Assembly: GCA_041649155.1 (NCBI GenBank)
Contig: JBAZNP010000001.1
Coordinates: 3,581 to 67,580 of the forward strand
Direction: 5' to 3'
Length of the DNA stretch: 64,000 nucleotides
Source of the DNA: Patescibacteria group bacterium
GTDB taxonomy: Bacteria; Patescibacteriota; UBA1384; XYA2-FULL-43-10; 1-14-0-10-43-13
Under the pieces are notes generated by a model, which worked only from the letters and a program-made list of their open reading frames with translations, had not been told where the DNA came from and searched no databases. This document shows positions 40,054 through 49,847 of the stretch, piece by piece. The position numbers and the translations under genes were made by a program. Positions within the stretch are counted from its first letter, which is position 1, and each line of letters opens with the position of its first letter.

Positions 40054-41253
40054 TTATTCATATTTTAGAGCATCGAGCGGATCTATTTTCACTGCTCTCT
40101 TTGAAGGATACCATCCGGTAAGAAAGCCTACTAGGATGGAGAATAACGCTACACCGAGAGCAAAAAACCAAGGCGTCACGAATATACTGATTTTTTCTGC
40201 ATTCGCTCTTTCGGCTAAAGCGCTCAAGATAAGGTTGATGCATTGCCCAGTCGCCCAGCCCATCATCAGACCGATTATTCCGCCAAAAATACCAATTATC
40301 AATGACTCTGCCAAAAACAACTTATAAACATCTTTATTCTTCATACCAAGAGCCTTAAATAGACCAATTTCCTTAATTCTCTCAAGAAGACTTATTGTTA
40401 GAGTATTAAATGTACCAAGTGCTGCAACTACCAAAGCGACTAAACCAAAAGCGGCAAGAATTGCACGGAAAAGCGAAAATACCTGACTTATTTCATTAAC
40501 TGTGTCTCCGACATATTCAGTAGAGAAACCCATATTTTCAAGCTGCTTTCGTAGTGGTTCTACATTAGTCTGTTGGTCAACTTTAATTTTAATCGAGGAA
40601 TATTTAGTCGCATCCTGAGAAACTAATAAACTGGAATTAGTGTAAACAACTGGCGACTTATCGTCATTTAAAATACCGGTAACTGTTAATGGTATATGCT
40701 CTGCCAATTTCAAACCATCGCTTGAGTTGGTACGTAATTCAGTAGGGATTATTATATCAAGTTCAATTTTCTTGCCGATGATACTGTTTTCGTCTTCCTG
40801 AATTAAGTTTAGAACAGATTTATTTATCATAACCTCATCTGATTTTAAGGGTAGGTTTCCTTTATCAGAACTTATGGAGGCTAATTTCCAATAGTCACTG
40901 GTGCCACCAACAATAACTGTTTCCGCGCTTGAAGAAGTTTCCGATTTTCTAATTCTACCAGCTAAATTTGTAACAGGGGAAACTGTTTTAACATGACCTA
41001 ATACAGAAATTCTTTCAATTGCGCTATCATCTATTTTGATAGTACTAATGTTTGCAGATGGAACGTCAACCACAGTAAAAGCATCAAAATTAGCAACATT
41101 TTTGGTTACTAACTGTTCAAGCCCATACCCCAATGACACAAGAAAAATTATCGATGCAATACCGATAGTAACACCAAGAACAGTTAAAATGGTTCTCATC
41201 TTGTGCGACCAAAGGTTTTTTAAAGCAATTTTTAGAATAATTCTTAATTTCAC
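40054..41253 (-). CDS. MacB/FtsX-family ABC permease
   Basis: RTILTVLGVTIGI, ERIKEIGLFKALG, PSKRA.KIDP..AL.YE. Confidence 0.92.
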   Translation of the reverse strand: MKLRIILKIALKNLWSHKMRTILTVLGVTIGIASIIFLVSLGYGLEQLVTKNVANFDAFTVVDVPSANISTIKIDDSAIERISVLGHVKTVSPVTNLAGRIRKSETSSSAETVIVGGTSDYWKLASISSDKGNLPLKSDEVMINKSVLNLIQEDENSIIGKKIELDIIIPTELRTNSSDGLKLAEHIPLTVTGILNDDKSPVVYTNSSLLVSQDATKYSSIKIKVDQQTNVEPLRKQLENMGFSTEYVGDTVNEISQVFSLFRAILAAFGLVALVVAALGTFNTLTISLLERIKEIGLFKALGMKNKDVYKLFLAESLIIGIFGGIIGLMMGWATGQCINLILSALAERANAEKISIFVTPWFFALGVALFSILVGFLTGWYPSKRAVKIDPLDALKYE

Positions 41254-41987
41254 AATACCCCCTTTAGTTCTTCTTTGATCTGTTCCCTTACGGCTTGTGT
41301 GTCACTAGAAACTACGCCGCCATCTTTCATGGCAATAGTTTTTGTTGCCAAAGGTAGATAAGCCAAATTGTGAGTCACCATAATAACTGTTCTCTTTTTT
41401 TCAACATTTAATAATTGTAGTATCTGCATCACTTGATCTGCATTATGGGTATCAAGATTACCGGTTGGTTCATCTGCTACAATAATCCATGGATTATTCA
41501 CCAATGCTCTTGCCAGAGAAACTCTCTGTTGCTCGCCACCGGACAAAACTACTGGAAGTTTGTTTGCATATTTTCCCATTTCTAATTCTTCCAATACCTG
41601 CATTGCTTTTTTTTTGGCTTTTGCTTCTGGCAATCCGGTTATATAAAGAGGCATGGCAACATTGTCCAAAACGCTTAAAGCCTTGGCCCAATACCAAAAT
41701 TGATAAACCATGCCAAATTTTTCAGCCCGAAACACGGCTCTTTCTTCTGAGCTTAATTTTGTAATATCTGTTCCGCGAATAGATATTTTCCCTTCAGTCG
41801 GTAGCTCCAGCCCAGCAATATGATGAAGCAATGTTGATTTGCCCGAACCGGAAGGGCCGTAAATTATGGCAAAGTCTGTCGAACAGATATCCAGGTTGAC
41901 GTTTTTCAACACTTCTGTTGCACTAGATCCTCCGGTTTGATATGTCTTGCTAACTTTTTCTATCTCAATAATCGCTTCATGCTCCAT
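41250..41987 (-). CDS. ABC transporter ATP-binding protein (LolD/MacB type)
   Basis: [31 protein letters not shown]. Confidence 0.95.
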   Translation of the reverse strand: MEHEAIIEIEKVSKTYQTGGSSATEVLKNVNLDICSTDFAIIYGPSGSGKSTLLHHIAGLELPTEGKISIRGTDITKLSSEERAVFRAEKFGMVYQFWYWAKALSVLDNVAMPLYITGLPEAKAKKKAMQVLEELEMGKYANKLPVVLSGGEQQRVSLARALVNNPWIIVADEPTGNLDTHNADQVMQILQLLNVEKKRTVIMVTHNLAYLPLATKTIAMKDGGVVSSDTQAVREQIKEELKGVL

Positions 41988-42025
41988 TTTTTCCTCCCTA
42001 ATTCTGTAATTTCACACAACTCAAA

Positions 42026-45000
42026 TCATTTAAAAATACCCATTATCCAGCTAAGGGATTTTTGTAATGAGTCAACGATAATATCAATTACAGAACTTTG
42101 TGTTTTACCTGTAATGGTAGTTGTGTCATCGGAATATCCAGCATTACCAGCATTATCTTTTGAAATAGCTCTTAGATGATAAATTTTATTTGATTCTAGC
42201 TCCGAAACAATTACAACGTGAGAAGTTGAAAGCACTGCATCTTCTTTACTTTTGTTTTTGTATTCGCTGCCCGATATACCTTGTTCATATTCTACCTGTG
42301 AAGTACCTGGCTCATCCGTTTCCCAAGTCACCACCACTTGCGCTTTCTGAGATGTGCCAAAACCAGAAGATTTGACTTCAATGGTCATGTTAGATATTTT
42401 TGGAGAACGAGAGTCTTTTGGCGTATCAATACTTGTTGTAAATGGAGTCTCTATTTCATTTCCATACTTATCCCTGCCTGTTACTATAAATTTATAGGTA
42501 CTCATGTCAGCCAAATCTGGAATTATGAGGTCATGGTTAATAGTATAATCAGCGGATGAACGTGATAGTTTTTGGCCAGAAGATGATTCGTAGTTTATAA
42601 TCGTTGTCGTCTCTACATTTGTTTCCCAAGAAAATCTGTAGGTTGTAGTTGGAGCAGTAGTATCCTGATCTGACCGGACTCCATTTGTTATAGCTGGCAT
42701 TGTCAAAGTATTAAAATCATTTTTAGCGCCAAAATCCATTTTATTACCATCTACATCAGAGCCAAGAATATAGTAATAATATTTTGAAGAATGATCTAAT
42801 CCCGATAAATTAATAGTATGGTTTTGAATATATCCAGTTTCAACTTCTTCCACCTTCCCTGCTCCTTTATCAATTTCGTCCTTATCTTTGCTGTAAACAA
42901 TAGAGGTAGTTGTTGGAATTGAGGTTGTATAACTGATTGTTGCAGAATTTAAAGATATATTATCCACAGGAGCAACAGAAACAATAGGTCTTGCCAATGT
43001 ACGAAAACTCATTTTTTCACTTCGACCCTCGTTTCCATTTTCATCAACCCAAACTGCTTGATAGTAATATAGCGCCCCGCCAGGCTGCAACCCAGTGATC
43101 GTTACGCTATGTTGATCAGTCAAACTCAATTGACCCTTGGTTTCACCGCCATTTTCCTGTCCAATTTTATTTGGATCGGTTCCGTATTCAACAAAGCTAG
43201 AAGCTTTATGAACAACTTTTGGATCGACATCTGTTGTTTCCCAAGAAATCGTGGCGGAATAAGCCTTTTCAACTACATCTAGCTTTTCATTTTTTATAAT
43301 AGGCGCATTACTAAATTTGCCAGTTGGCACTATTTGAACTGTACTAGAAGCAACAGATGTTTGACCGGCATTGTCCTCAGATTCAACATTATAGAAATAT
43401 GCTTGCGAAGAAAGACTTGTATCAGCAAAAGTCGTGCTAGTGGTAGTTCCTGCTTGACTAAAATTTATTCCATCAGTCGACCTATAAACGTTGTAGCCCA
43501 TAAATCCGGCACCTTTATCTTGAGGCTCACTCCATGTTAGAAACACTTTATAACTGGCGAGATCACGATTTGAACCATCAACTGCAGAAACTGCCGTCGG
43601 CGTACCCGGAGCCGGAGTAATCGCCCAAAAAGACGCTGAAGCATAAATATCGTAATTTATATTTCCAGCTTCATCTTTAGCAACGACATATATTGTATTT
43701 TGTCCTTGACGTGTTGCATAGGAATCGGCAGCAAGTGATAGTGTTGTCGACAATGTAATATTTGTAGAGTTGGGAGTCTCGTTTATACTGTAATAATATT
43801 TCAATGCCGATTCGTTTCCAGAAAAAGTTGCTGGCTTGGACCACGAAAAAGAAAAATTATTCGATGCTGACGGATTCTGTTCTGACGATTCAGGGGAAGC
43901 GGTTAAATTTTGCGGAGCCGATGGCGCAGAATCATTATGATAAAAAGTGGCTTGAACGGGGCTGCTTTCATTGCCGGCGTTATCGATAGTTTTTAAGTAA
44001 AATATATTTGACCCTTCTTGATACCAGGCGCCATTTAAAGTTACTTGGAGTTCGGTTGTTATGTTTGACCAATTAGCATAATCTCCCCCGCCAGTTTTAT
44101 ATTTATAACCGCTTAAGCCAGAACCAGCATCAGAACCAGCCGGCCACAAGAAAGTGTAATCATTTACCGAAGAGTATCCAGATGGGGAAGATGAAACATA
44201 CGAAGGATTAGTCGGCAAGGTGTTTTCGTATTGGTATTTAAATGCCTTGCTTGAAACTGTCGGATCCCAAATCGTGCTATTGCCAAAGTTATCTTTTATT
44301 TTAACTCTCAAATAATATGTCGATCCTGAAACCAAAGCTCCAGCTACGGTTGCATTTGGCGATTCGGTCCAATAAACTGACCCGTCAGCATTTAGAACAC
44401 CGGAAGTTTCTTCTGGATCAGCAGTATTACTCGTACCAAAATAAACATAATAACCATCTATCCCGTTAGTATCGCTATCACCGCTCCATGAAAAATATGG
44501 ATTGGCGTGATTATGCCAATGATCTTCATTCGAAATAATTTCATCTCCTCCAGAAGCAGACAAAGAAGTTAAATTTGTGGGAGAACTGGGATTTACTAAA
44601 TCACTGGAAACATCAAAAATCTTTAACTTGTCAATCAAACCGCTAAATGTATCAAAACCTCCGCCCGGTACGGAACCAACATAAAAATCATCACCATAAT
44701 TTGGGGCCGGTGCAGACCAACTTGTTGTAGTGCTAGTAGTCACACCATCAACAGTTAATGACAATTCTCCGGTTGATTGCTTGTAACTAGCAGAAATAGA
44801 ATGCCAGCTATCGCGAGTCCAATCAAGAGTCGCGCTTTCTAAATATGTAGAATTATTCGGGGTGCTTGAGTTATATGAAGGATAAAATCTAACTTTTCCT
44901 CTAAACGGATCGATCTCTAACCTTAAACTGTTTGTCGAATTGCTTGACTGTAAAAGAACTTGGGATGGAGGAGTTCCATCATATGTTTCCCAAAAGGAAT

Positions 45001-47440
45001 CCATATCTGTTTTTATAATACTACGATTTCCGGCATTAGCTACATAAACGAATCCGTCATCATAATAAATTTCTTGTGGACCATTAAATTTTCCTTCTCC
45101 ACTCGCGCCGAATATGCCATAAGTTGTCCATCCGGTCCATGAATCGTCAAGTTTGGTTTTAACGATCCTATTATGGCCATCTGAAATATAGAAATACTGA
45201 TCGACGTTATCATACGCGATCCCTTTGGGTGTAGAAAACTTGCCAATGGCGTCGCGGGTGCCGGATGTGCCATAAGTTGTCCATCCGGTCCATGAACCGT
45301 CAAGTTTGGTTTTAACGATTCTAGCATTACTGCTGTCTACAATATAAAGATACGGATTTGCCGGATCATCACTTGGAACCGCCATGATAGCACTGGCACC
45401 TGAGAAGTTGCCAACACCGGTGCCGCTAGACCCCATTGATAGCAGACCTGTCCCATCAGATTTAATTCGAGCAATACTAGTACCAAGAGTATAGTAAATA
45501 TAATCATTAACAGAATCATAATAAATTTTACTCACAGAGCCAGCGACATTGATAGTTTTTTTTGAATTTGACCCATCTAATTTCAGAATAGTAATAGTTG
45601 AAACACTTGAATACTTTTCAGCTACAAACAAATTTTGACTTGCTTCGTCATAATAAAATGATTCCAGAGTAAAATTAGGAGAATTAGTAGAGTAGGCGCT
45701 CCAATCAGTACCGTCGAAATTTGTTTCAATTATTTTATCACCATCGACATTAGTAGAAAATGTATTACCAATAAACATTTTCCCAGATACATTATCATAA
45801 TAAAACTCTGTTACTCCATTGAAGGGGCGACTAGCACTCAAAGACCTTGGGCTTTCATCAGATCCCACCGCATGCCAACCCGATATTGATGTAGTATCTT
45901 CTCCAGTCCAACCCAACACGGTATGAGAAGCGTCATTATCAAAGACTTGAATACGATTATTTGTAGTATCGGCAACATAGATTTTGTTGTTTGAGTCAAG
46001 AGTCACTCCAGAGGGATGAGCAAAATTGTAATCGCCAGAACCGGTCACTCCTACTTTGCCAGAGCCGACATCATGCCAGCCAGCATCAGTGCTGCTCTTC
46101 CCCATCCAGCCCAACATGGTGTGAGAAGCGTCATTATCAAAGACTTGAATACGATTATTTGTATACTCGGCAACATAGATCCTGTTGTTTGAATCAATAG
46201 CCACTCCACGAGGAGCATTAAAATTATAATCGCCAGAACCGCTTGTTCCTATTTTACCGGAGCCCAGCGCATGCCAGCCAGCATCATTAGCGCTCTTTCC
46301 CATCCAGCCCAACATGGTGTGAGAAGCGTCATTGTCAAAGACTTGAATACGATGGTTCGAATACTCGGCAACATAAATCTTGTTGTTTGAATCAAGAGCT
46401 ATTGCATAGGGAAGATTGAAATTGTAATCGCCAGAACCGGTCACTCCTACTTTGCCAGAGCCGACATCATACCAGCCAGCATCAGTGCTACTCTTTCCTA
46501 TCCAGCCCAACATGGTGTGAGAAGCGTCATTGTCGTAGACTTGAATACGATAATTCCCATAATCGGCAACATAGAGTCTGTTGTTTGAATCAAGAGCCAC
46601 TCCTTTAGGACTATTAAAACTGTAATCGCCAGAGCCGATCGCTCCTGTCCCGTCGGAGCCAATATCATGCCAGCCAGCATAAGCGCTGCTCTTTCCAATC
46701 CAACCCAATGGAGAACCTGCATTGTCAAAAATTTGAATTCTATGATTAGTACTGTCGGCAACATAAATATTGCCGCTACTGTCTACAGTTACGCCCGATG
46801 GAACATTTAACTGTCCGTCCCCAGTTCCAGATAAACCAAAACTACGCCAGCCCGTAACACCGTCGGGTTTTACGACTACAATACGATTATTACTAGTATC
46901 GGCAATATACAAAAGATCGGTACCTGCATGATAAAAAACGGTCTGAGGAGAATTAAAGCCTCCATCCCAATCCCCCTCGATCACTCCGGGATATTTTGCC
47001 TGTAAAGAAATCATGCCTTCGGAATCACTCAAGTTGCTCGATGCTGAATATTTTAAAGTTTTACCATTTGTTAACTGCGCCGCTTGCCCCATTTCATTAT
47101 AGCCAGGACTTACCAAACTAGCCGGAGTACCATCGTTGGAAGCGGCAGTAGAACCAAGCCCGCTATCTGCGTTCAAACTGCCTGCATTATAATTGGCGGA
47201 AAAACCATTTGCCGCCTTAGATAACCTCACATCAACGAATAAACTACTCAATATCAAACCTATAATAGTAGTAGCGCATAAACCAAGTGTCGCAAAATGC
47301 ACTTTCTTGTGATGAGGATGATGATGCCAGTCATGGTATTTTTCTGATTTAGAACACAAAAATTCATGCGCTTTTGTAAGCGGTTTAATCTTTGGAGTCG
47401 AACAATTAGGACAATTGCAATAAGTCAAAACCTCCTCCAC
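42026..47440 (-). CDS. Large surface protein: NHL repeats, LamG-like and fibronectin-III-like domains
   Basis: N-terminal TM; repeated FN.P.GVALDSNN.IYVAD..N.RIQVF; WH.I..SY...VDG..IG...FSGLID (LamG-like); ATISWET..S.VEYG..H.V.ITGL.PG..YY (FN3-like). Confidence 0.85.
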   Translation of the reverse strand: MEEVLTYCNCPNCSTPKIKPLTKAHEFLCSKSEKYHDWHHHPHHKKVHFATLGLCATTIIGLILSSLFVDVRLSKAANGFSANYNAGSLNADSGLGSTAASNDGTPASLVSPGYNEMGQAAQLTNGKTLKYSASSNLSDSEGMISLQAKYPGVIEGDWDGGFNSPQTVFYHAGTDLLYIADTSNNRIVVVKPDGVTGWRSFGLSGTGDGQLNVPSGVTVDSSGNIYVADSTNHRIQIFDNAGSPLGWIGKSSAYAGWHDIGSDGTGAIGSGDYSFNSPKGVALDSNNRLYVADYGNYRIQVYDNDASHTMLGWIGKSSTDAGWYDVGSGKVGVTGSGDYNFNLPYAIALDSNNKIYVAEYSNHRIQVFDNDASHTMLGWMGKSANDAGWHALGSGKIGTSGSGDYNFNAPRGVAIDSNNRIYVAEYTNNRIQVFDNDASHTMLGWMGKSSTDAGWHDVGSGKVGVTGSGDYNFAHPSGVTLDSNNKIYVADTTNNRIQVFDNDASHTVLGWTGEDTTSISGWHAVGSDESPRSLSASRPFNGVTEFYYDNVSGKMFIGNTFSTNVDGDKIIETNFDGTDWSAYSTNSPNFTLESFYYDEASQNLFVAEKYSSVSTITILKLDGSNSKKTINVAGSVSKIYYDSVNDYIYYTLGTSIARIKSDGTGLLSMGSSGTGVGNFSGASAIMAVPSDDPANPYLYIVDSSNARIVKTKLDGSWTGWTTYGTSGTRDAIGKFSTPKGIAYDNVDQYFYISDGHNRIVKTKLDDSWTGWTTYGIFGASGEGKFNGPQEIYYDDGFVYVANAGNRSIIKTDMDSFWETYDGTPPSQVLLQSSNSTNSLRLEIDPFRGKVRFYPSYNSSTPNNSTYLESATLDWTRDSWHSISASYKQSTGELSLTVDGVTTSTTTSWSAPAPNYGDDFYVGSVPGGGFDTFSGLIDKLKIFDVSSDLVNPSSPTNLTSLSASGGDEIISNEDHWHNHANPYFSWSGDSDTNGIDGYYVYFGTSNTADPEETSGVLNADGSVYWTESPNATVAGALVSGSTYYLRVKIKDNFGNSTIWDPTVSSKAFKYQYENTLPTNPSYVSSSPSGYSSVNDYTFLWPAGSDAGSGLSGYKYKTGGGDYANWSNITTELQVTLNGAWYQEGSNIFYLKTIDNAGNESSPVQATFYHNDSAPSAPQNLTASPESSEQNPSASNNFSFSWSKPATFSGNESALKYYYSINETPNSTNITLSTTLSLAADSYATRQGQNTIYVVAKDEAGNINYDIYASASFWAITPAPGTPTAVSAVDGSNRDLASYKVFLTWSEPQDKGAGFMGYNVYRSTDGINFSQAGTTTSTTFADTSLSSQAYFYNVESEDNAGQTSVASSTVQIVPTGKFSNAPIIKNEKLDVVEKAYSATISWETTDVDPKVVHKASSFVEYGTDPNKIGQENGGETKGQLSLTDQHSVTITGLQPGGALYYYQAVWVDENGNEGRSEKMSFRTLARPIVSVAPVDNISLNSATISYTTSIPTTTSIVYSKDKDEIDKGAGKVEEVETGYIQNHTINLSGLDHSSKYYYYILGSDVDGNKMDFGAKNDFNTLTMPAITNGVRSDQDTTAPTTTYRFSWETNVETTTIINYESSSGQKLSRSSADYTINHDLIIPDLADMSTYKFIVTGRDKYGNEIETPFTTSIDTPKDSRSPKISNMTIEVKSSGFGTSQKAQVVVTWETDEPGTSQVEYEQGISGSEYKNKSKEDAVLSTSHVVIVSELESNKIYHLRAISKDNAGNAGYSDDTTTITGKTQSSVIDIIVDSLQKSLSWIMGIFK
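45870..46800 (-). repeat. Intragenic tandem repeat, 198-bp (66-aa) period, 4-5 copies
   Basis: Anchor CCCAA(C) at 45912, 46110, 46308, 46506, 46704; units are highly similar at the nucleotide level. Confidence 0.9.
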
Positions 47441-47582
47441 ATTAAAAAGTTAACCTCATCGTTTATTTCATTATAAAATAGATATAAATTTAAAGCAACT
47501 AATTAAAATAAAAATGTAATATTTTACATTCAAAAAAACACCACTGAGTCAGTGATGTTTTTTATTTACCTAAATCAAATAA

Positions 47583-48386
47583 TTACTTTTCAGTTTTTTT
47601 ACTCTTTAAAACTTTAACTTTAGTAGCCTTTTTAGGTTCTATTTTTGGAATAGTAATCGAAAGAACTCCATTTTTCATTTCAGCGTCTGCTTTCTCCGCA
47701 ATAACTTCTGTTGGCAAAGTGAAACTTCTGGAAAAAGTGCCTGAATGGCTTTCTTTATAACAGTATTCCCCTTCCTCTTTTTCCCTTTCCTCTGTTTTCT
47801 CTCCCGAGATAGTCATCACCCCCTCTGATATTTCAACATCAATCTGATCTTCGGACATTCCGGGAAGTTCAGCCTTTACTACAATGCTGTTTTTTTTATC
47901 TTTAATATCGATTCTTGGTATTGCAACCGTTGCTTTTGACGTAATTACACTGTCCTCAAAAAGTCTGTCCATCGCATCTCTCAGAGATACCATTTCTCTA
48001 AACGGGCGCCATGGTTCCATTTCATTTGCCATAATGTTCTCCTTGTCTCTGACAAGCCCTGAGCAATCCGGCTCAACATTTTGAGATAGAAGCCTGATGG
48101 GCCCATCGGTAATATTAATAATATTTTTCCTATTATCTTTATTTAAAATATTGTCTATTTCTTCTTCAATTTCCATTTGAAATTCAAAGATCTCCTCAAA
48201 AGGCGAATGAAAAAATTTGCACATACTCACGACCAACGGGAGCGAAGGCAGATATTTTCCTTGTTCGAGCGCAATTACAGATTGACGAGAAATACCCAAT
48301 TCTTCAGCTAATTCTTCCTGGCTTAGATTGTGTTTTTTTCTCAAATCTTTTAATCTGTTTTCAATTGATAATTCATCGTTATTCAC
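47583..48386 (-). CDS. XRE-family HTH - Hsp20 small heat-shock protein fusion
   Basis: NRLKDLRKKHNLSQEELAEELGISRQSV.ALEQGKY.PSL followed by PRIDI..AELPG...F.RSFTLP..A...NGVL.ITIPK. Confidence 0.9.
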   Translation of the reverse strand: MNNDELSIENRLKDLRKKHNLSQEELAEELGISRQSVIALEQGKYLPSLPLVVSMCKFFHSPFEEIFEFQMEIEEEIDNILNKDNRKNIINITDGPIRLLSQNVEPDCSGLVRDKENIMANEMEPWRPFREMVSLRDAMDRLFEDSVITSKATVAIPRIDIKDKKNSIVVKAELPGMSEDQIDVEISEGVMTISGEKTEEREKEEGEYCYKESHSGTFSRSFTLPTEVIAEKADAEMKNGVLSITIPKIEPKKATKVKVLKSKKTEK

Positions 48387-48454
48387 TTGTCCTCCGTAGT
48401 CTTCGTCATATTATAGATAAATTATTCTTTCAGTTGACGAAGGGGGATGGCTTA

Positions 48455-48483
48455 AATGTAAAGCAAACTTTACATTATGTCAA
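48455..48483 (-). promoter_or_regulatory. sigma70 promoter with overlapping palindromic operator
   Basis: Minus strand TTGACA-N17-TACATT; inverted repeat AATGTAAAG-caaa-CTTTACATT (48455-48476) covers the spacer and -10. Confidence 0.7.
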
Positions 48484-48796
48484 GAGTAGGGGCGACATGA
48501 CAACCTTAACACATTCATAGTACATTAGATCAATAGTCGTAATCACTATCATTTATTCTAACTTTTCAAATAGAGACTATTCTTGTTTTACTGGAAATAT
48601 TTTTAAATCAGTCAGTTTTAAAGTATCGATTATGGCTTTTTGACTCAAATACACTGTAGGTGCACCAAAAATCTGAGCAAAAATCATACAAACAAGTCAG
48701 AACATCATTAACAATAATAGAACAATGATGGTAAATTGAATAAAGATCATAGTATAATTAATTATGGCATAATACTTTTCTTAAACTGGAGGAGAA

Positions 48797-49030
48797 ATGG
48801 ACGATCAAGAACTTAAAAAAGCATTGGTGGATATGGCAAAAGCTCAGAAAAAATCAGCGAGCCTGTGGTTGACTTTTTGGCGTGGAGTTCTTTACGGACT
48901 TGGTTTTTTTATCGGCTCTGCAATTCTGGCCACTGTAGTTATCTACATTCTGTCCAAATTGGAGGGCTGGGGCACAATTGGTAATTTTATTCACAATATT
49001 GTAGATAATGCGAGTAAATCAAAATCTTGA
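48797..49030 (+). CDS. Small membrane protein (DUF5665-like)
   Basis: F.RGVLYGLGFFIGSAI..YILS pattern; SD GGAGGAG. Confidence 0.7.
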   Translation: MDDQELKKALVDMAKAQKKSASLWLTFWRGVLYGLGFFIGSAILATVVIYILSKLEGWGTIGNFIHNIVDNASKSKS

Positions 49031-49095
49031 CGTACATTTAGTTTCACCAAAATAGTCCCACCAAAAAATGACCAGAAATATTTCTGGTCATTTTT

Positions 49096-49484
49096 TGGTG
49101 GAGGTGGCGGGTAATGCTCCCGCGTCCAAAAGGTTAAGAACACATCGTCTACAAGTTTAGTTCCGGTTGAAAATTTAAATATTGGATAAAATCGGAACCA
49201 AAAACCAATATTCTACCTCTAGTAAATCTTAAGATAAATTGCTAGAGAATCAATAAATCAGCAACTCGAATTATGACACCCGTTAATCTTCAGTCGAGTA
49301 GCCAAAGAACGGATGGTTGTCGCAATTAAGCAGCAACTGGCGCAAAGCTAGGCATGCTGAAAGCAGCTTTTACTTTGCTAACAAATGAATTTGCATTTGT
49401 AATTTTTGAAAGTTTATAAAGTGGCTTTCACACTTACTTGCAGATATGTTTTTAAAGTCCTTCTGTCGAAGCTAATACACCCCC
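49096..49484 (-). ncRNA. ssrA: tmRNA
   Basis: 5' GGGGGTG-TATTAGCTTCGAC; 3' CACCTCC-A-CCA with G3:U70; internal tag ORF (A)ANSFVSKVKAAFSMPSFAPVAA*. Confidence 0.95.
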
Positions 49485-49535
49485 ACAACAAGCATAATTC
49501 TATAACATTTATCTCCTCACGTCAAGATCGTCTTC

Positions 49536-49719
49536 GGGGACGGTTCTAAATTGAATACAGATTTAGTGATAATTTAATATTTACTAATCTTTTCTTAATA
49601 TTCCTCGCCGCATAGTGAAAATAAGAAAAAAATATAATGCAAAAAAGAGATTTAAATATCACCAAAATAATAAATAGTCACCTTATCGCCAATCATGAGA
49701 TCATTTTAGAACCGTCCCC
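49536..49719. repeat. 15-bp inverted repeats around a 154-bp AT-rich segment
   Basis: GGGGACGGTTCTAAA (49536-49550) / TTTAGAACCGTCCCC (49705-49719). Confidence 0.85.
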
Positions 49720-49847
49720 AAGATGGTCATTCAAAATAAACGCATTGAAACTAATGCATAGCACAAATATTCATTTTTTCAATACAGAATTAACAATTTT
49801 TATTGACATTATTTTTAATTGCCTTTATGTTGAAAAAAAGGAGAAAA

